A DNA stretch of 10,918 bases, from contig JBDRFG010000061.1 in NCBI GenBank assembly GCA_043819135.1, forward strand, positions 1 to 10,918, in the 5' to 3' direction. Position 1 is the stretch's first letter; the number at the start of each line of letters is the position of its first letter. Both the position numbers and the translations under genes were made by a program. The stretch comes from Candidatus Eiseniibacteriota bacterium (GTDB taxonomy: Bacteria; Joyebacterota; Joyebacteria; Joyebacterales; Joyebacteraceae). Shown here one piece after another: positions 7,879-10,918 of the stretch. A model generated the notes under the pieces. It did no database searches, was not told the DNA's origin, and was given only the letters and a program-made list of their open reading frames with translations.

Positions 7879-8661
7879 TTGAAGATCCTCTTCGTAGGCG
7901 ACATAGTCGGACGCCCGGGCAGGCGAGCTCTGGCCGAGCTTCTTCCCGGTATTGTCGAGACACACGCCGTGGACTTCACCATCGCCAACTGCGAGAACGC
8001 GGCGGGCGGATTGGGCATCACCGAGCGAACCGCAACGGAGCTTCTTGATGCTGGGGTCCATGTTCTGACGGGGGGAGATCACAGCTGGGATCGACCCGAG
8101 GGAGTTCCTTTCCTCGATGAGTGCGAGCGCATTCTCCGACCCGCCAACTACCCTGTTGGTGCCGCCGGTCGCGGGTTCGGGATTTTCGAGTCTCCCTCCG
8201 GAGAGAAAGTGGGCGTGGTCAATCTGCAGGGCCGGGCTTTCATGAAGTCTCTGGACTGTCCGTTTCACATGGGGCTGGAGCTTGTGAAATCCGCCAAGAA
8301 AGAGACTCCCATCGTGGTGGTGGATTTCCACGCCGAGGCAACATCAGAGAAGACAGCCATGGGCCACTACCTCGCAGGGATCGCCACTTGTGTCCTCGGC
8401 ACACACACGCACGTACAGACAGCGGACGAGTGCCTGCTGACCGGCCGCACGGCCTACATCACTGACGTCGGCATGACCGGTCCTTCCGATTCCGTGATCG
8501 GAATGCTGACGGAGGTTGCGCTGGAGCGCTTCCTCATGGGCATGCCTCGACGGTATGAAGTCGGGCAGGGTCCGGCGATTCTCAATGCCGTTGTGGTCGA
8601 CGTCGATGGGGACACGGGAGGGGCACGGAGCATAGAGCGCATAGCGATGCGCAGCCAGTAG
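7879..8661 (+). CDS. ymdB: TIGR00282/YmdB-family metallophosphoesterase (2',3'-cyclic-nucleotide phosphodiesterase)
   Basis: Contains MKILFVGDIVGRPGR, NCENAAGG, RPANYP, DFHAEATSEK, GTHTHVQTAD and TDVGMTGP. TTG start after GGGGG. Usual position downstream of rny. Confidence 0.95.
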   Translation: MKILFVGDIVGRPGRRALAELLPGIVETHAVDFTIANCENAAGGLGITERTATELLDAGVHVLTGGDHSWDRPEGVPFLDECERILRPANYPVGAAGRGFGIFESPSGEKVGVVNLQGRAFMKSLDCPFHMGLELVKSAKKETPIVVVDFHAEATSEKTAMGHYLAGIATCVLGTHTHVQTADECLLTGRTAYITDVGMTGPSDSVIGMLTEVALERFLMGMPRRYEVGQGPAILNAVVVDVDGDTGGARSIERIAMRSQ

Positions 8662-8729
8662 GACGTCTCGTAGAGCACTCCCAGAGACCGCGGTCGCCTG
8701 CATGAGCGCCCCGCACCGGAGGTGAACAA

Positions 8730-9623
8730 CTGGAGACCATTCTTCTCAAAGGCAAACCGGTGGCGGTGGGTATCAGGGAGGACGTTGCGCGTCGTGCAGC
8801 GGCGCTCCCGTTCTCGCCGACGTTGGCCATCGTCCTTGTCGGAAACGACCCCGCGTCGGCATACTACACGGAGAGTATTGAGCGCGCGGCCGCTGGTGTC
8901 GGCGTCGAGATCCGTCTGGTCGAGTTGGCGCCGTCCGATGGCACGGACGGCGTGGCGACCGCGATCCGGTCGCTGAGTGCGGACGCGTCGATCCACGGGA
9001 TCATAGTGCAGCAGCCCCTGCCCGACGGGATCGCCCCCGGAGTCGTTGAGGAGATCCGGCCTGCGAAGGACGTGGATTGCGCGACCACCTACTCCATGGG
9101 TCTTCTGATGACCGGTCGCGAGACGTTCGCCCCGTGCACCGCGCTGGCCGTCCTTGAGATGCTGGACGGCCACGGCATCGCCCTGCCCGGCAAGCATGTC
9201 GTCATCGTCGGGCGCAGCGCCGTCGTGGGGAAGCCTCTCGCCAATCTGCTTCTGCGGAAGTCGAAGCGCGGGAACGCGACCGTGACCGTCTGTCACACCG
9301 GGACGAAGGACTTAGCCTGCCACACGCGGCGGGCCGACATCGTCGTGGCCGCGATGGGGCGGCCGGGAGCGATTCGGGGAGACATGATTTCGGAGGGCGC
9401 CGTGGTCATCGACGTCGGCGTCAACCAGATCGACGACCCCGGAAGCGAGAAGGGTCATCGCCTGGTCGGCGACGTCGTTTTTGACGAGATGACCGGACTG
9501 GCGTCCGCGGTGACGCCAGTGCCCGGCGGCGTGGGAACATTGACCACGGCGCTTCTCCTGAGAAGCGTGGTGGTCGCGGCCGAGAACGCGGCCGGGAAGG
9601 CGCCCGGGAAGGCGGCGGCCTGA
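8730..9623 (+). CDS. folD: FolD-family methylenetetrahydrofolate dehydrogenase (cyclohydrolase activity doubtful)
   Basis: Contains LAIVLVGNDPAS, GIIVQQPLP, KDVD, PCT, GRSAVVGKP, ATVTVCHT, VIDVGVN, GDV and TPVPGGVG. The frame extends upstream of the track's GTG 8760 to CTG 8730, giving (M)ETILLKGKPVA. SD GGAGGTG at 8718-8724. Confidence 0.95.
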   Translation: METILLKGKPVAVGIREDVARRAAALPFSPTLAIVLVGNDPASAYYTESIERAAAGVGVEIRLVELAPSDGTDGVATAIRSLSADASIHGIIVQQPLPDGIAPGVVEEIRPAKDVDCATTYSMGLLMTGRETFAPCTALAVLEMLDGHGIALPGKHVVIVGRSAVVGKPLANLLLRKSKRGNATVTVCHTGTKDLACHTRRADIVVAAMGRPGAIRGDMISEGAVVIDVGVNQIDDPGSEKGHRLVGDVVFDEMTGLASAVTPVPGGVGTLTTALLLRSVVVAAENAAGKAPGKAAA

Positions 9624-9631
9624 GAGCCGCG

Positions 9632-9663
9632 GTCCTCCGACCCCTCACACCCCCGTCGGGGAC
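9632..9663 (+). promoter_or_regulatory. Hairpin covering the xseA RBS
   Basis: GTCCTCCGAC (9632-9641) pairs with GTCGGGGAC (9655-9663) with one bulge. The 3' arm contains GGGGA, the only SD-like element before ATG 9671. Confidence 0.4.
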
Positions 9664-9670
9664 GACAGAC

Positions 9671-10900
9671 ATGCACAAGAGGCAGGACGAGCAGAGCTAC
9701 ACCGTCAGTGAGGTGACCGCGCGTATCAAGGCGGTCCTCGAGACTTCGTTGCCCGTCTTCTGGGTCGAGGGCGAGGTGTCGAACTTCGTTCACCACACGT
9801 CGGGCCACATGTACTTCTCTCTAAAGGATGAGAAGAGCCAGCTTCCCTGCGTGATGTTCAAGATGGCCAACCGCGGCCTGGCCTTCGCTCCCGGGAATGG
9901 GATGAAGGTGGCCGCCTGGGGGCGCGTCAAGGTATACGAGCCGTCCGGTCGGTACCAGCTCTACGTGGAGGCGATGAAGCCGGCCGGCGTCGGCGCCCTC
10001 GCGGCCGCGTTCGAGGAACTCAAGCGAAAGCTGGCCGAAGAGGGCCTCTTCGACCCCGAGCACAAGAAACCGATCCCGCGCTTCCCCGACACCGTTGCGG
10101 TCGTGACTTCGGCGACCGGGGCGGCGGTCCGGGACATCATCCGTGTGATCGGAGAGCGCTTCCCCGGAACAAGGGTGGTCGTCGTGCCCGCGCCCGTGCA
10201 GGGCCGCGAGGCCGTTCCCGGCATCGTCCGCGCCATAGAGCTGATAGACGAGTGGGGTGAGGCCGACGTGGCCATCGTCGGGCGCGGTGGAGGTTCGCTG
10301 GAGGATCTCTGGGCCTTCAACGAAGAGGCGGTTGCGAGGGCCATCTTCGCGGCGCGGACTCCCATAGTGTCGGCCGTCGGCCACGAGATAGACACGACAA
10401 TATCGGACCTCGTGTCCGACAGACGAGCGGCGACCCCTTCGAACGCCGGCGAACTCGTCGTGCCCGATCGGAACGATCTCGCGCGGACGCTCGTGTCCCT
10501 GCGGTCGAGGCTCGGCGGCGCCATCAAGGGCGTCCTGGACGAGCTTCTCGGGAGGACACGGACCTGCGTGAGGGCGTACGCGTTCCGCCTGCCCGGAGAG
10601 CTGGTCGACAGGCTGACCCAGCGGACCGACGAGCTGACGCGCCGCATGTCCGCCGCAGTGACGACGCGCCTGAACGCGGCCGCCGCCGGCGTGGACCGTC
10701 TGGTGTCCGAACTCAGACTGACGGATCCGAGCCACATCATGGCCCGCGGCTTCGCCGCGGTCTCCCTGATCCCTTCTCTCAGCCCCGTTCGTTCTGTTGA
10801 CAATGTCTCGGGAGGGTCGGGAGTCAGAGTGACGGTTGCCGACGGCTCCTTCGATTGTGAAGTGCAGAGTGTGGCTGAAAAGCCCGGGAGGACGAGTTGA
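9671..10900 (+). CDS. xseA: Exodeoxyribonuclease VII large subunit
   Basis: Contains WVEGEVSNF....SGHMYFSLKD, YEPSGRYQL, GLFDPEHKKPIP, VTSATGAAVRDII, VQG, GRGGGSLEDLWAFNEE, SAVGHEID and ATPS. Confidence 0.97.
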   Translation: MHKRQDEQSYTVSEVTARIKAVLETSLPVFWVEGEVSNFVHHTSGHMYFSLKDEKSQLPCVMFKMANRGLAFAPGNGMKVAAWGRVKVYEPSGRYQLYVEAMKPAGVGALAAAFEELKRKLAEEGLFDPEHKKPIPRFPDTVAVVTSATGAAVRDIIRVIGERFPGTRVVVVPAPVQGREAVPGIVRAIELIDEWGEADVAIVGRGGGSLEDLWAFNEEAVARAIFAARTPIVSAVGHEIDTTISDLVSDRRAATPSNAGELVVPDRNDLARTLVSLRSRLGGAIKGVLDELLGRTRTCVRAYAFRLPGELVDRLTQRTDELTRRMSAAVTTRLNAAAAGVDRLVSELRLTDPSHIMARGFAAVSLIPSLSPVRSVDNVSGGSGVRVTVADGSFDCEVQSVAEKPGRTS

Positions 10901-10918
10901 GCAAGCGGGCCACCTTCG
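10897..10918 (+). CDS. xseB: Exodeoxyribonuclease VII small subunit, 5' start only
   Basis: TTG 10897 overlaps the xseA stop (TTGA), with SD GGGAGG at 10886-10891. It reads MSKRATF.., matching the XseB N-terminal (S/T)FE motif, and xseA-xseB synteny is common. Only 7 codons are visible. Confidence 0.7.

Noticed and set aside
8686..8695. Palindrome GACCGCGGTC (and CCATGCATGG at 4793-4802) as operator sites
   Set aside because: Single 10-bp palindromes are expected by chance in 11 kb, and there is no second copy or regulator nearby.
9591..9620. Short tandem GCCGGGAAGGCG/CCCGGGAAGGCG at the folD 3' end
   Set aside because: A two-copy low-complexity coding repeat (AGKA-PGKA) in the C-terminal tail, not an array.
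1..10918. CRISPR array, tRNA, IS element, prophage or a novel multi-gene system
   Set aside because: No spaced repeats, cloverleaf, transposase or integrase were seen. Every substantial + strand ORF except the 77-aa one is a recognisable housekeeping gene.

Overview
GC-rich bacterial housekeeping cluster, entirely on the + strand: rpmI (3' part) - rplT - pheS - pheT - short ZapB-like coiled-coil ORF - zapA - a structured ~160-nt RNA at the usual 6S RNA position - rarA/mgsA - rny - ymdB (TIGR00282) - folD - xseA - xseB (5' start). I see no mobile element, CRISPR array or novel multi-gene system, and the long minus-strand ORFs look like GC-rich shadow frames. Five details are worth checking. 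(1) folD almost certainly, and zapA probably, start at CUG codons behind strong Shine-Dalgarno (SD) sites, and several other genes start at UUG or GUG. (2) The putative 6S RNA's 3' arm appears to contain the rarA RBS and start codon. (3) ygfA, the usual neighbour of 6S RNA, is absent. (4) FolD lacks the catalytic cyclohydrolase lysine. (5) Anti-SD hairpins recur just after stop codons. All alignments and folds were done by eye.
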